Positions 51,833 through 61,200 of a stretch of DNA of 64,000 bases are shown here, one piece after another; within the stretch, counting starts at the first letter, position 1; every line of letters begins with the position of its first letter. Source of the DNA: Armatimonadota bacterium (lineage in GTDB: Bacteria > Armatimonadota > UBA5829 > DSUL01); the NCBI GenBank assembly GCA_039811685.1, contig JBDHZC010000002.1, forward strand, positions 352,001 through 416,000. The letters run 5' to 3'. Below the pieces are notes generated by a model. The model was not told the DNA's origin. It saw only the letters and a list, made by a program, of their open reading frames with translations, and did no database searches. The position numbers and the translations under genes were made by a program.

Positions 51833-53356
51833 ATGTCAAAGAGTGAACAAGAGCTGAAGCCCTCTGTCGATATCCCGGAGCAGTTGGACGGGAATAGCGC
51901 TTCCAGTAACGGCAATACTCCCGGCGAAGGACAGAAGCGCTCCCGCGCGCCTGTCATCGTTGTCGCCAGTGTCATCGCTATCGTTGCCATAGCCTTTCTG
52001 TATAAAGCGTGGGTTTTCTCCTCCACCCACGAGACGACAGATAACGCGTTTCTGACTTCAGACGTCATCCAGATTGCGCCGCAGGTCACTGGGACTGTCA
52101 GCGAAATCCGCGTGAACGACAATCAGGAGGTGAAGAAGGGACAGCTTCTGGTGGTCATGGACGACTCTACCTACAGAGCCGCGTTTCAGCAGGCAAAGGC
52201 CAATCTCGACGCAGCTGTCGCTCAGGCAAAGGGGGCAGGCATCAGCGTCGGGATGACTGCGCAGACAGGAAGCGGACAACTTCAGGAGGCGCAGGCTGCC
52301 GTCTCGCAGGCTCAAAGCGCCGTTGCCGGAGCGGACGCAGATGTCATCAAGAGCTCAGCCGGCATCGGCACGGCGCAGGCTAACGCTCGCAGCGCTGAAG
52401 CCTCTGTCACGACCGCACAGGCCAACTATACCGCCGCGCTTGCCGCTAAGAAGCGCTACGGACAGGTGTTGAAATCTGCTCAGGCCGCACTGGACGCCGC
52501 ACAGGCGGACGCCGCCCGAGCGCAGCGCGACTCCAGGCGCTATGCCAGCCTGGTCTCGCAAGGGGCTGTCAGCGAAGAGACCGCCGATCAATACACATCA
52601 ACGGCTGCCTCGTTGGAGGCGCAGGTGGAAGGGCGAAAGGCTGACGTGGCCGCAGCCCAGGAGCAGATGGCTCTGGCGGACGCTGCGATCGAGCAGGCCC
52701 GAGCGCAGGTTTCCGCCGCCAAAGACCAGGCCGCAGCAGCCCAGGCCGGAGTCCGCCAGGCAAAGGCCGTAAGGCAGGCGGCGCAGCAGGCGGTCTCTGC
52801 CGCCAAGGGGAGGCACTCTCAAGCTGTCGGACAGCTTACGCAGGCCAGGACGGCGCCGGACCAGGTCGCCGTCAGCCAGAGCGCCCACAAACAGGCTTCA
52901 GCAAAGATTGAACAAGCTCGCGCGGCACTGGAGATGGCGCTGATTCAGCTTCAGGACACACGCATCTATGCGCCCGCCTCCGGACGAGTCAGTAAGAAGA
53001 GTGTGGAGCTTGGCTCACTGGTTCAGGTAGGCACTCCCCTGATGGCCATCATTCCTCAGGACGACATCTGGGTAACGGCGAACTACAAGGAAACACAGGT
53101 TGCGGGCATGCGCCCGGGAGCAGAGGCCCGAGTGGAGGTGGATGCGCTGCCCGGCAAGACTTTCACCGGAAAGGTGGACAGCGTAGCAGCTGCGACAGGA
53201 GCGACATTTGCTCTGCTCCCGCCAGACAACGCCACGGGTAACTTCACAAAAGTTGTTCAGCGCATTCCCGTAAAAATTGTCCTTGATCGCGAGCAGCCGG
53301 ACATAGAGCGCCTGCGCGCAGGGATGTCTGTGACAGCCATCGTGCGAACACGTTAG
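51833..53356 (+). CDS. EmrA-like membrane fusion protein with very long coiled coil
   Basis: TDNA, IAPQVTG, IYAPASG and LLPPDNATGNFTKVVQRIPV. Confidence 0.93.
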   Translation: MSKSEQELKPSVDIPEQLDGNSASSNGNTPGEGQKRSRAPVIVVASVIAIVAIAFLYKAWVFSSTHETTDNAFLTSDVIQIAPQVTGTVSEIRVNDNQEVKKGQLLVVMDDSTYRAAFQQAKANLDAAVAQAKGAGISVGMTAQTGSGQLQEAQAAVSQAQSAVAGADADVIKSSAGIGTAQANARSAEASVTTAQANYTAALAAKKRYGQVLKSAQAALDAAQADAARAQRDSRRYASLVSQGAVSEETADQYTSTAASLEAQVEGRKADVAAAQEQMALADAAIEQARAQVSAAKDQAAAAQAGVRQAKAVRQAAQQAVSAAKGRHSQAVGQLTQARTAPDQVAVSQSAHKQASAKIEQARAALEMALIQLQDTRIYAPASGRVSKKSVELGSLVQVGTPLMAIIPQDDIWVTANYKETQVAGMRPGAEARVEVDALPGKTFTGKVDSVAAATGATFALLPPDNATGNFTKVVQRIPVKIVLDREQPDIERLRAGMSVTAIVRTR

Positions 53357-53368
53357 GAGACGCCATAG

Positions 53369-54979
53369 TTGTCAACTGCGGTTGAAGTAGGCGGCGAGGA
53401 ATACACAGACTACACCTCGTTTGCGCGCTGGATGGCGCTGGTGGCGGTGATGTTGGGCACCATCATGGAAGTGCTGGACGTCACCGTCGTCAACGTGGCT
53501 ATCCCGCATATGATGGCCAACCTGGGCGCGACGCTGGATCAGATTGGCTGGGTCTCCACCGGCTATATCATCGCAAACGTCATTATCCTGCCGCTTACTG
53601 GCTGGCTCTCCAGCACATTTGGCCGCCGGGAGTACCTCGCTGCGTCCATGCTGCTGTTCACCGCCGCATCCTTCATGTGCGGCACGTCTCAATCCCTTAA
53701 CCAGCTTGTGTTTTTCCGGATTATGCAGGGGGCTGGCGGCGCTGCGCTTCTCTCCACAGCGCAGGCTACACTCCTGGAGATCTTCCCTCCACAACAGGTC
53801 GGAATGGTGCAGGGCATCTTCAGCCTGGGAGTCGTTATGGCTCCGACGCTTGGCCCCACTCTAGGCGGCTGGATTACGGACAACTACACCTGGCCCTGGG
53901 TGTTCTTCATCAACATGCCCATCGGCATCGTCGCTATCACTCTAACACTATTGTTTCTGAAAGACTCCAAGTACCACGCGCCAGGCGAGAATGGAAACGG
54001 CAGCCGCAACGGTCACGGCCGGGTGGACTTCATCGGCATCGGTGTCCTCGCCATCGGCCTGGGAAGTCTGCAGACAGTCCTTGAAAAAGGTAACCGTGAA
54101 GGCTGGCTGGAATCCCCGCTCATCGTCTGGCTCGGCATTATCTCTCTAGTGGCGCTGGTGGCCTTTCTGTGGTGGGAGCTTCACACACCCTACCCGGCTG
54201 TAAACTTGAGATTGTTCAAGAATCGCAGTTTTGCGGCTGGTACCGCGCTCGGGGCAGTGCTCGGATACGGGTTGTACGGCGGCGTCTTTATCCTCCCAGT
54301 TTTTCTTCAGAACCTGCGCCAGTTTACGGCAGAACAAACGGGTCTGCTGCTGTTACCGGGCGGCATTGCAACCGGTATAACGGCGATGATTGTCGGGCGC
54401 AGTATGGGCAAAATAGACGCCAGAATCATGCTGCTCTTCGGCGGAGCCGGAGTTGCGATCTCTATGCTGATGATGCACTCCATCACCATGGATACCGGGT
54501 ACGAGCACCTTTACTGGCCGCTTATCATCCGTGGATTCGCTCTGGGTTGCATCTTTGTACCTCTGACTCTGACCACGCTGACCGGACTGAAGGGCAAGGA
54601 TGTCTCCTACGGGACCGGGCTATTCAACCTGTCGCGGCAGCTTGGAGGCAGCATCGGGATCGCCTACCTCTCCACAATCGTGGACCACGGCATCGCTTTT
54701 CACCGGGCGGATCTGGTGCAAAACGTGACGGAGTACAGTCAGGCAACCGTAGCGCGGCTACAGGGACTGCAGCAGATGCTGATGAGTAAGGGGGCGCCGG
54801 CGTCCGTCGCCAAGAAGCAGGCGCTGGCTATCATTGATGGGACGGTCCAACAGCAGGCTGCAGTATTGAGCTACGAACACGCCTTCCTGACCATCGCCAT
54901 CGCGTTTGCCTTCACTCTGCCACTGATTCTGCTGTTCCGAAAATCCGGCAAGCCCGTGGGGCACGTGCATATAGAATAG
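53369..54979 (+). CDS. DHA2 family MFS efflux permease (EmrB/QacA)
   Basis: LDVTVVNVAIP, RIMQG.GG, PTLGPTLGGWITDNYTWPWVFFINMPIG and RQLGGSIG. Confidence 0.95.
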   Translation: MSTAVEVGGEEYTDYTSFARWMALVAVMLGTIMEVLDVTVVNVAIPHMMANLGATLDQIGWVSTGYIIANVIILPLTGWLSSTFGRREYLAASMLLFTAASFMCGTSQSLNQLVFFRIMQGAGGAALLSTAQATLLEIFPPQQVGMVQGIFSLGVVMAPTLGPTLGGWITDNYTWPWVFFINMPIGIVAITLTLLFLKDSKYHAPGENGNGSRNGHGRVDFIGIGVLAIGLGSLQTVLEKGNREGWLESPLIVWLGIISLVALVAFLWWELHTPYPAVNLRLFKNRSFAAGTALGAVLGYGLYGGVFILPVFLQNLRQFTAEQTGLLLLPGGIATGITAMIVGRSMGKIDARIMLLFGGAGVAISMLMMHSITMDTGYEHLYWPLIIRGFALGCIFVPLTLTTLTGLKGKDVSYGTGLFNLSRQLGGSIGIAYLSTIVDHGIAFHRADLVQNVTEYSQATVARLQGLQQMLMSKGAPASVAKKQALAIIDGTVQQQAAVLSYEHAFLTIAIAFAFTLPLILLFRKSGKPVGHVHIE

Positions 54980-55059
54980 AGGCCTGCGGCGTCACGCGCG
55001 CGCGAACTACAGCGCTCTGGAGGAGATATCTGATGGGGCGGTCACTCCGCAGACGGACG

Positions 55060-55299
55060 TTAGTGCTGGTAATCTACGTCGGCGGCATCTGCAGTGGCCG
55101 GTTTTGAGCTCTTGATCAGCTCGTCAGCAGCCGGAGCGGAGCTTGTTGGTGAGGTCATTGGCGCTACCGCCTGAACCTGCCGCTGCTGACCTAAAGGCAA
55201 CACATGCGCTTCAGTCAATGCCAGAATGGTTCCAATCGCCAGCATTGCCACTGATGCCACAGTCGCCATTAAAATGACCAGCGCCCTTGCCTTGATCAT
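55060..55299 (-). CDS. Small secreted or membrane-anchored hypothetical protein (79 aa)
   Basis: MIKARALVILMATVASVAMLAIGTILA hydrophobic N-terminus with a Pro/Ala/Ser tail. Confidence 0.5.
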   Translation of the reverse strand: MIKARALVILMATVASVAMLAIGTILALTEAHVLPLGQQRQVQAVAPMTSPTSSAPAADELIKSSKPATADAADVDYQH

Positions 55300-55559
55300 G
55301 CTTTTGCCATCTCGCTTTCCGGTGTAAACCTTGCGATCCGGGCGCCCGCACAGCAACCCGGCCTCTTCGACGAAAACTGCCTTTGTAAAGAGACAATGCG
55401 CCTTGAAGCCAGATTGGCCCCTTGCGCCATTGAAACCAACAAATGTCTGCGAGCCCGTCAGGATATACAATCTCCTGACATCAGTGTCCTGATATCGACA
55501 TACCCTGTCGCTATGGACAGGAACCGGGCGCCGCACCGGCGGTCTCAGATGCTTCAGCC

Positions 55560-55588
55560 TTAGACGAACCCGGCGTGCCCTGGGTTAC
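55560..55588 (-). promoter_or_regulatory. Putative ECF sigma promoter
   Basis: Minus strand GTAACC-N16-CGTCTAA. Confidence 0.5.
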
Positions 55589-55819
55589 TCAATACAGTCG
55601 GAACTTCAGACGCACTGGCGTGCGGTTGGTGACCTTGAAGATGCCACGCGAGAGATGTGTGCGCTGCACAGCACCCTGTTGAGGACTGTTCTGTGCAGCG
55701 CGGAGTCTTTCCTCCAACTATTGTAGCATTTTTGCGCACAGAATGCGACCTGCGGAATATGCCAGCCTAGAAGGAAGCAAGGCAGAACGAAGCCCTGCGA
55801 CAGACGAATAAGCTTCTCG

Positions 55820-55848
55820 TTGACTCAAAGCTGCTCAGGTGCTACCAT
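55820..55848 (+). promoter_or_regulatory. Sigma70 promoter of the 557-aa membrane protein
   Basis: TTGACT-N17-TACCAT with extended TG. Confidence 0.6.
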
Positions 55849-55914
55849 ACGCTCGCGCGCGAAAGGACACGCTTCGGCGCAGTTGCGCGCGCTATTTACC
55901 TGTGGAGCAAGGAC

Positions 55915-57588
55915 ATGGAAGCCTCATCAGCACTGAAGTTTTTGCGGTTGGTGGTCTGGATAGCGCCGGTTCTGGCGATTGCCTGGGTACTCCTGGCCGA
56001 TCTGATGGACAGGACCCAGGACGGACGCCGGGAACCACTCACCCCGTTGTTGCTCTTTGGCTGCGCCGCTGTCGCGCTGACATTAGCGGCGGCCTGGGCA
56101 GTGAGCGCAGCCGTCCACAAAGGCGCCGAGGATACAGTGCTGTGGCCAAATATTCTGGCGGGCGGCGCTTGCGCTCTGGCCGGGGCCGCTTTAGTCGGCC
56201 ACATCCACCGCCGCCAGCTGGAGTCCTCCGCCTCCGCCGGAGCGCCCCGCGCTCAGTCTGACGCAGCGATTCTCGCGGTTGCTATTCCCGTTTCGTTGGC
56301 CGGTTATCTGATTTCGAAATCCGGGGCGCGTCCGGACGCGTGGCTGAGCGCTGCGCCACTCGGAAGCGCCGCATTTGTCTCTCTTTTTGTTCTCGCAGCC
56401 CGCGCACAGCGCCGCGCTTCTCCAGGATCTGCGCTGCCGCTGCGGCTGAGCGGCCCGCTGGAAATGCTGGCGGCGGTATGCGCCGTCGTCGCGCTCAGCA
56501 TGCTTGTGGGAAGGCTTCTTCGCTTCGACGAGCAGCTCATCAAGCACGCGGGTGATGTGGTTGCGATGAGCTTGGCCGTTGGCCTGCTGCTCTGGCTGCC
56601 ACTCAGCGTAATTCAGCGCACTCTTGCTCCGCGCTGCCTGATATTTCCGATAGGAGCCTCCGTCATTTACACCAGTGTTGGGGCATGGCTGTTTGGACTC
56701 GTCGCAAAGGCGAACTTGCTGGGAAGCCCTGTGTCGCAGTGCCTGCAAGTGGGACTGGCGGCCGGGATAGTGCTTGCGCTCATGAGCACGGCCGGGCTGT
56801 TTCACAGGGAGTCCGGCTACAGCGCACAGGCCAACGCAATCGCTCTGGTTGTTATCGCCTCGGCGCTGGCTCTGTGCTTGCGGCTGCTGGCAGGCTTCGG
56901 AGTGGCAGCGTGCGCCGGTGGAATGGTCGCCGCAGTGCCCGTCTGGGCGCTTCTGACGCCGTGGCGCACAAAATCTGAGCTGGGGGCAGAGCATGCGTTT
57001 CCGGCGTCTCTGGTGTGGGGCGCTGGCTTCCTCGCGTGCGTGGCGGCGCTTCGCATCTGGCTTTCCTTGAACGATGCGACAAGTATCAACATCTTCTCTT
57101 CTTATCCGCTGCTGGGGATGATCATCGGCCTTTCCCTGCCTTTTGTCGTCTGGTCGCTCAGCGCAGGACGCAACGAAGACGCGGTCTCACCAGGCGGAAC
57201 GGCGCTGGCGCTGTTTGGCTCTGTAGTTGGATGGCTTGTGGTGGTCGGGGCAATAGCGGGGGTCGCTGTCGTGCTGCGAGAGCCTGCAGTACGCCTGTTT
57301 TTATTCGGATTGGGAGCTTCGGGACTGGCCGGTCTGGCCGTAGCAGGCGCCGTGCGTGAAGAGTGGACAAGCGCTCCGGTTGTGTCCACGGCGCTTCTGT
57401 CTTCGCTGCTGACTGTGACGTGCGCCAGAGCGCTTATGGATATTTCAGCAGAAGCGAGCCGGCCGGAAAAAGTCAAAGCGCTGGCAGTCATCTTTGGCGC
57501 CGTGATTGTGTTCTATCTGCTACTTGAGATATGGCGGACGCTGGCTCTGCGCCAAAGGACAACCGCGATTATTGTGGAGGAGCCGTAA
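55915..57588 (+). CDS. Polytopic membrane protein; probable catalytically dead membrane-pyrophosphatase (HppA) homolog
   Basis: About 15-16 hydrophobic segments collinear with HppA helices. No catalytic motifs (see findings). Confidence 0.75.
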   Translation: MEASSALKFLRLVVWIAPVLAIAWVLLADLMDRTQDGRREPLTPLLLFGCAAVALTLAAAWAVSAAVHKGAEDTVLWPNILAGGACALAGAALVGHIHRRQLESSASAGAPRAQSDAAILAVAIPVSLAGYLISKSGARPDAWLSAAPLGSAAFVSLFVLAARAQRRASPGSALPLRLSGPLEMLAAVCAVVALSMLVGRLLRFDEQLIKHAGDVVAMSLAVGLLLWLPLSVIQRTLAPRCLIFPIGASVIYTSVGAWLFGLVAKANLLGSPVSQCLQVGLAAGIVLALMSTAGLFHRESGYSAQANAIALVVIASALALCLRLLAGFGVAACAGGMVAAVPVWALLTPWRTKSELGAEHAFPASLVWGAGFLACVAALRIWLSLNDATSINIFSSYPLLGMIIGLSLPFVVWSLSAGRNEDAVSPGGTALALFGSVVGWLVVVGAIAGVAVVLREPAVRLFLFGLGASGLAGLAVAGAVREEWTSAPVVSTALLSSLLTVTCARALMDISAEASRPEKVKALAVIFGAVIVFYLLLEIWRTLALRQRTTAIIVEEP

Positions 57589-58276
57589 TAGCGGATCGCG
57601 TGGGTTGGCCCACAAGGTAGCTGTCAACAGACAGGCGTTCTCTCTGGCTTCCTCGAACACGCCAGAGGCTGGCGATAAGGCGCGGTCCGGCGCGTCTCTG
57701 GTGAGCTTCAACTCGCACATTTGACCGCGCGCCCGCGCCAACAACAGACACGACCAGCCGAGCGCCAGCCGCCTCAGCTCGCACATTCACCGGTGTGGCG
57801 CGGTTGTTGCGAAAACGCAAGTCCGCTACCCCCAAAGCCACCGTAGCATCGCGCCCGCACGGGACACTGGCGATTGGCCGGGAATGCGCGTGGCGCTCGG
57901 TGATCTCCAGGTCAGCCAATACGGCCGCGTTGTAGAGTGTGGATGAGACCTGACAGATACCGCCTGCCACTGCATCCTCCACCGCGTTTCCAACGTACGC
58001 CCGCGCCTCCTTCCAGCCACGGTCCGAGGTGGTCGGACCGAGCGCCTGAGCCATAGAAAACTCTTTGCCAGGGAGGATAGCGCGCGCGTCAATCAGGCGC
58101 GCGGCGCGGCGTATATTGGCCAACTGATCAGAACTTCGCCCCTGAAGCGTTGTTGAATAGCTCCCCAATACAGTCCGCCCGGAGGACTCCACGAGCCTTG
58201 AGCCTACCCAGAGAAGAGCCACCAGCGACAGAACACCGACAACGCCTGCCCAGACTCTCATCGAGCGAGTTTTCAC
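57569..58276 (-). CDS. VanW family protein
   Basis: NIRRAA, I.PG.EFS, GGICQVSSTLYNA, ERHAHS, GRDATV and DLRFRNN. GTGA overlap with the A2M stop. Confidence 0.93.
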   Translation of the reverse strand: MKTRSMRVWAGVVGVLSLVALLWVGSRLVESSGRTVLGSYSTTLQGRSSDQLANIRRAARLIDARAILPGKEFSMAQALGPTTSDRGWKEARAYVGNAVEDAVAGGICQVSSTLYNAAVLADLEITERHAHSRPIASVPCGRDATVALGVADLRFRNNRATPVNVRAEAAGARLVVSVVGAGARSNVRVEAHQRRAGPRLIASLWRVRGSQRERLSVDSYLVGQPTRSAITAPPQ

Positions 58277-61200
58277 CGCACACTCAGCCTGTCTTCCGAG
58301 GAGCTTCCGGACATCAAGGGCTGGTACATCGAGTAAGCCTGGCAGGGCATTACATGCAGATCGCCCGGCACTTCAGCGCGTACATCAAAGCTGATCTCCC
58401 GCTCTGCGCCGGACATAAAGCGCACGAACGCGCCTACCTTCTCATCGTGAATCTCCAACCCTGAGTAGGAGTTGTCCCATTCCCTCTCCGGGTGCATCAC
58501 TTCAAACCCGCTCGGCAGCGGGTTGTCAACCAGAACATAGGAGGCATCGCCTTTGCCGCGAATCTTGATTTGCACCCGAACGACCTCGCCAACCTTTATG
58601 CGGCCACGCACAGGCTGCGTGTCCTCAGTGTACTTCGGCGCTCCGTCGTCTCCCACGCCCGCGCGCGTCAACTTCACGCGCAGCAAGTTTCTCTCAACAG
58701 TGAAAAAGCCCTTCTGTGCAGGAACGTCCTCGCGCGAGCTCAGATAGCTCAGGTTCGCGGTCCAGAACAGCGGCCCGCTTCCAGACTTCGTTATCACAAT
58801 CCGGTTGACGCCCCGGTTCAGCTTGCTGTTTTCAATGATGAAGCTCTTTGGCCTGCGGAAGTAGTCTTCACGCGTGACGTCAAACGTTCCTACGCTGCGG
58901 CCGTTAACCTGCACGTTCGCGGAATAGGTCACAGGCTGCACGCGTTCCAGATGCTCAAGCAGCGCCAGCGTGCACAGCGCTGTGTCACGGGTGGAAACCC
59001 AGTATCCTCCGCTGCGGCGCTCTGCCAGATAGCGCGCGGCCGGCTCCAGAGCGTCCACCGGGCGGCCGGCCCGCGACAGCACGCGCATAGCCATGGCAGT
59101 GGCAGCGTAGTCACTCCAGTAGTTCGAGGTCTGCTCGTTGTGCCAGAGCAACAGACCTTCAGAGCGTTTGGCGCGCTTTTCGAGCAACGACGCAATCTCC
59201 GCCAGCGCCGCTCCTCTCCCTGCGCTTGAGGCCGCCATACCCAGGCATGCCACACCGAAGACAGACATCTCAGAGCGTTTCGCATACAGCGCGTCAAAGC
59301 TCTGTATATCGAATCCTCCGCTCGCTGCCAGCGCCATTACCGCGTACGCCCGGTCTTCCAGAGTGGCCAGATACCTGGGCTGCGCCTTTGGGCGGTCCTG
59401 CGCGGTAGGTCTGGGCGGAAGGGGTTGCCGCATGTGCCGTCCGAGCCACGACGCCGCAGACTCTATCATCCCGGAAGGAATCGAAACACCTGCTTCTCGA
59501 GCCTGCACAAGCCCCAGCAGCGCATACGCCGTCATCCCTACGTCCGCATCCGTCTCGCTATACCATCCGAACGACCCGTCCGAATGCTGCATTTCCCTCA
59601 GTTTTCGAAGTCCGTGCGCGATCATTTTCGGAAGCTCAGCGCGCGTTTTTTCGTCCACGGGCGCCCCAAGGTTTGTCAGTGCCTGCTGCACCAGAACGTC
59701 CGGTACAAAGCTGGACACCGTCTGCTCCACGCACCCCCACGGGTACGTCGCAAGATACCCAAGAGCCTGAATCACCGCGCCCGCCGCCGAGGGTGTCAGA
59801 TCTATACGCAGCGCTGCGCCGGACAGTTGACCATCCCTGTCCATACTGAGGGCAACGCTTGCGCCCTCTTCACCCGAAGCGCCTCCGGAAGCGTCCCTGA
59901 ACATACGCGCACCGTGCGGATAGACTGGGAAGCTCATCTGAAGGCGATCCACCGCGCTGCGGTCGTCAGTGATTGCCTCCGCCAGCAGAGTCGCCTCTCC
60001 TGGTGTCGTTACTTCCACCGGGAACTCCACGCGCGCCGTACCATTGGCCTCTACAGTTGCGCTGCGCACAGTGCCGGAACGCAGCTTCAGCCCTCTGGCA
60101 GTCAGGCGCACACTCACTTTCTTGCGAGCGCCCGTGTAGTTGTGAACCACCGCCCCGAGCGTCTGAGTGTCCCGCTGACGGAAGAAGCGCGGAACTTGCA
60201 GACGCACAATCAGGTCTTTCGTTACCGTCACCTTCTGAGTGCCAGCCCCAACGGCAGTCGTATCCGTTACAGCACGAGCGGTCGCTCGCCAGGTGGTGAG
60301 TGAATCTGGCATTGTGAAAGAGACAGTCGCCACTCCGAGGGAGTCTGTCTTAATGACAGGATTCCAGTACGCGGTGTCTGGGAAGTACTTGCGCACCTTG
60401 TTTTCGAACTTGTCCAATCCGCCGTAGTAGTAGTCTTCAAGGCTGTTGGAAGTGTTCACGTTGTTGGAGCGCGGCCCCCAGAAGTACTTCTGAATATCCG
60501 GCGTACTGTCGTTTCGCAAAGCGTAGATGGACTCATCCACGACCCCCAGCGAAACTTCAGCGGGCACTCCATGGCCGGAGGCGTTCAGCGTCTCAATGGT
60601 GTAGGTCGCCTTCTCGCCGGGCTGGTAGCGCTGTTTGTTACTCGTAATCTTGACAGTAAGGAGGCTGTCCTGAGGAGATATGGCAATGCCTGTCTCCTGT
60701 GACTGAATCTGCCTGTCAGCCAGCAGAGTGCACACCAGAGTCACACTTGGGAGGTAGTCGTTCTCAATGGGCAGATCCAGCATGTACGCAGCGCCTTTGG
60801 TGCGAACCACACGGGCTTCGTACAACTTTTCTCCTTCCACTGTCAGGAGAAGTGTGGCGGACGGGTGGTTGGACTTGATGAGAATGTGCGCCGTGTCACC
60901 CTTCTGGTACATCTTCTTGTCCGGGACGATTGTCAGAGCTTCTTCTGAGCTCGAGGACTCCTCCCAAAAAGCCTCTGTCCCCACATACACGTAGGCCTCT
61001 GCCTGCGCTGTGCGCCCTGCGGAGTCTTTTGCCCGGAAAGTAAAGACCAGTTGACCCTGCGCCGTTGCCTTCCAGCTCAGCGTGGCCAATCCGCCAGCGT
61101 CTGTGCGCGCTGAACCGGTTCCGACCTGACGCCGGATTTCCTTTCCACCTCTCCAGTCAGCACGCTCGATGACGACGTCTATTGGCTTATCCGGCACTAT

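Noticed and set aside
52200..52950. Repetitive GCGCAG/CAGGC DNA resembling a tandem array
   Set aside because: It is explained by the Ala/Gln coiled coil of EmrA and has no repeat-spacer periodicity.
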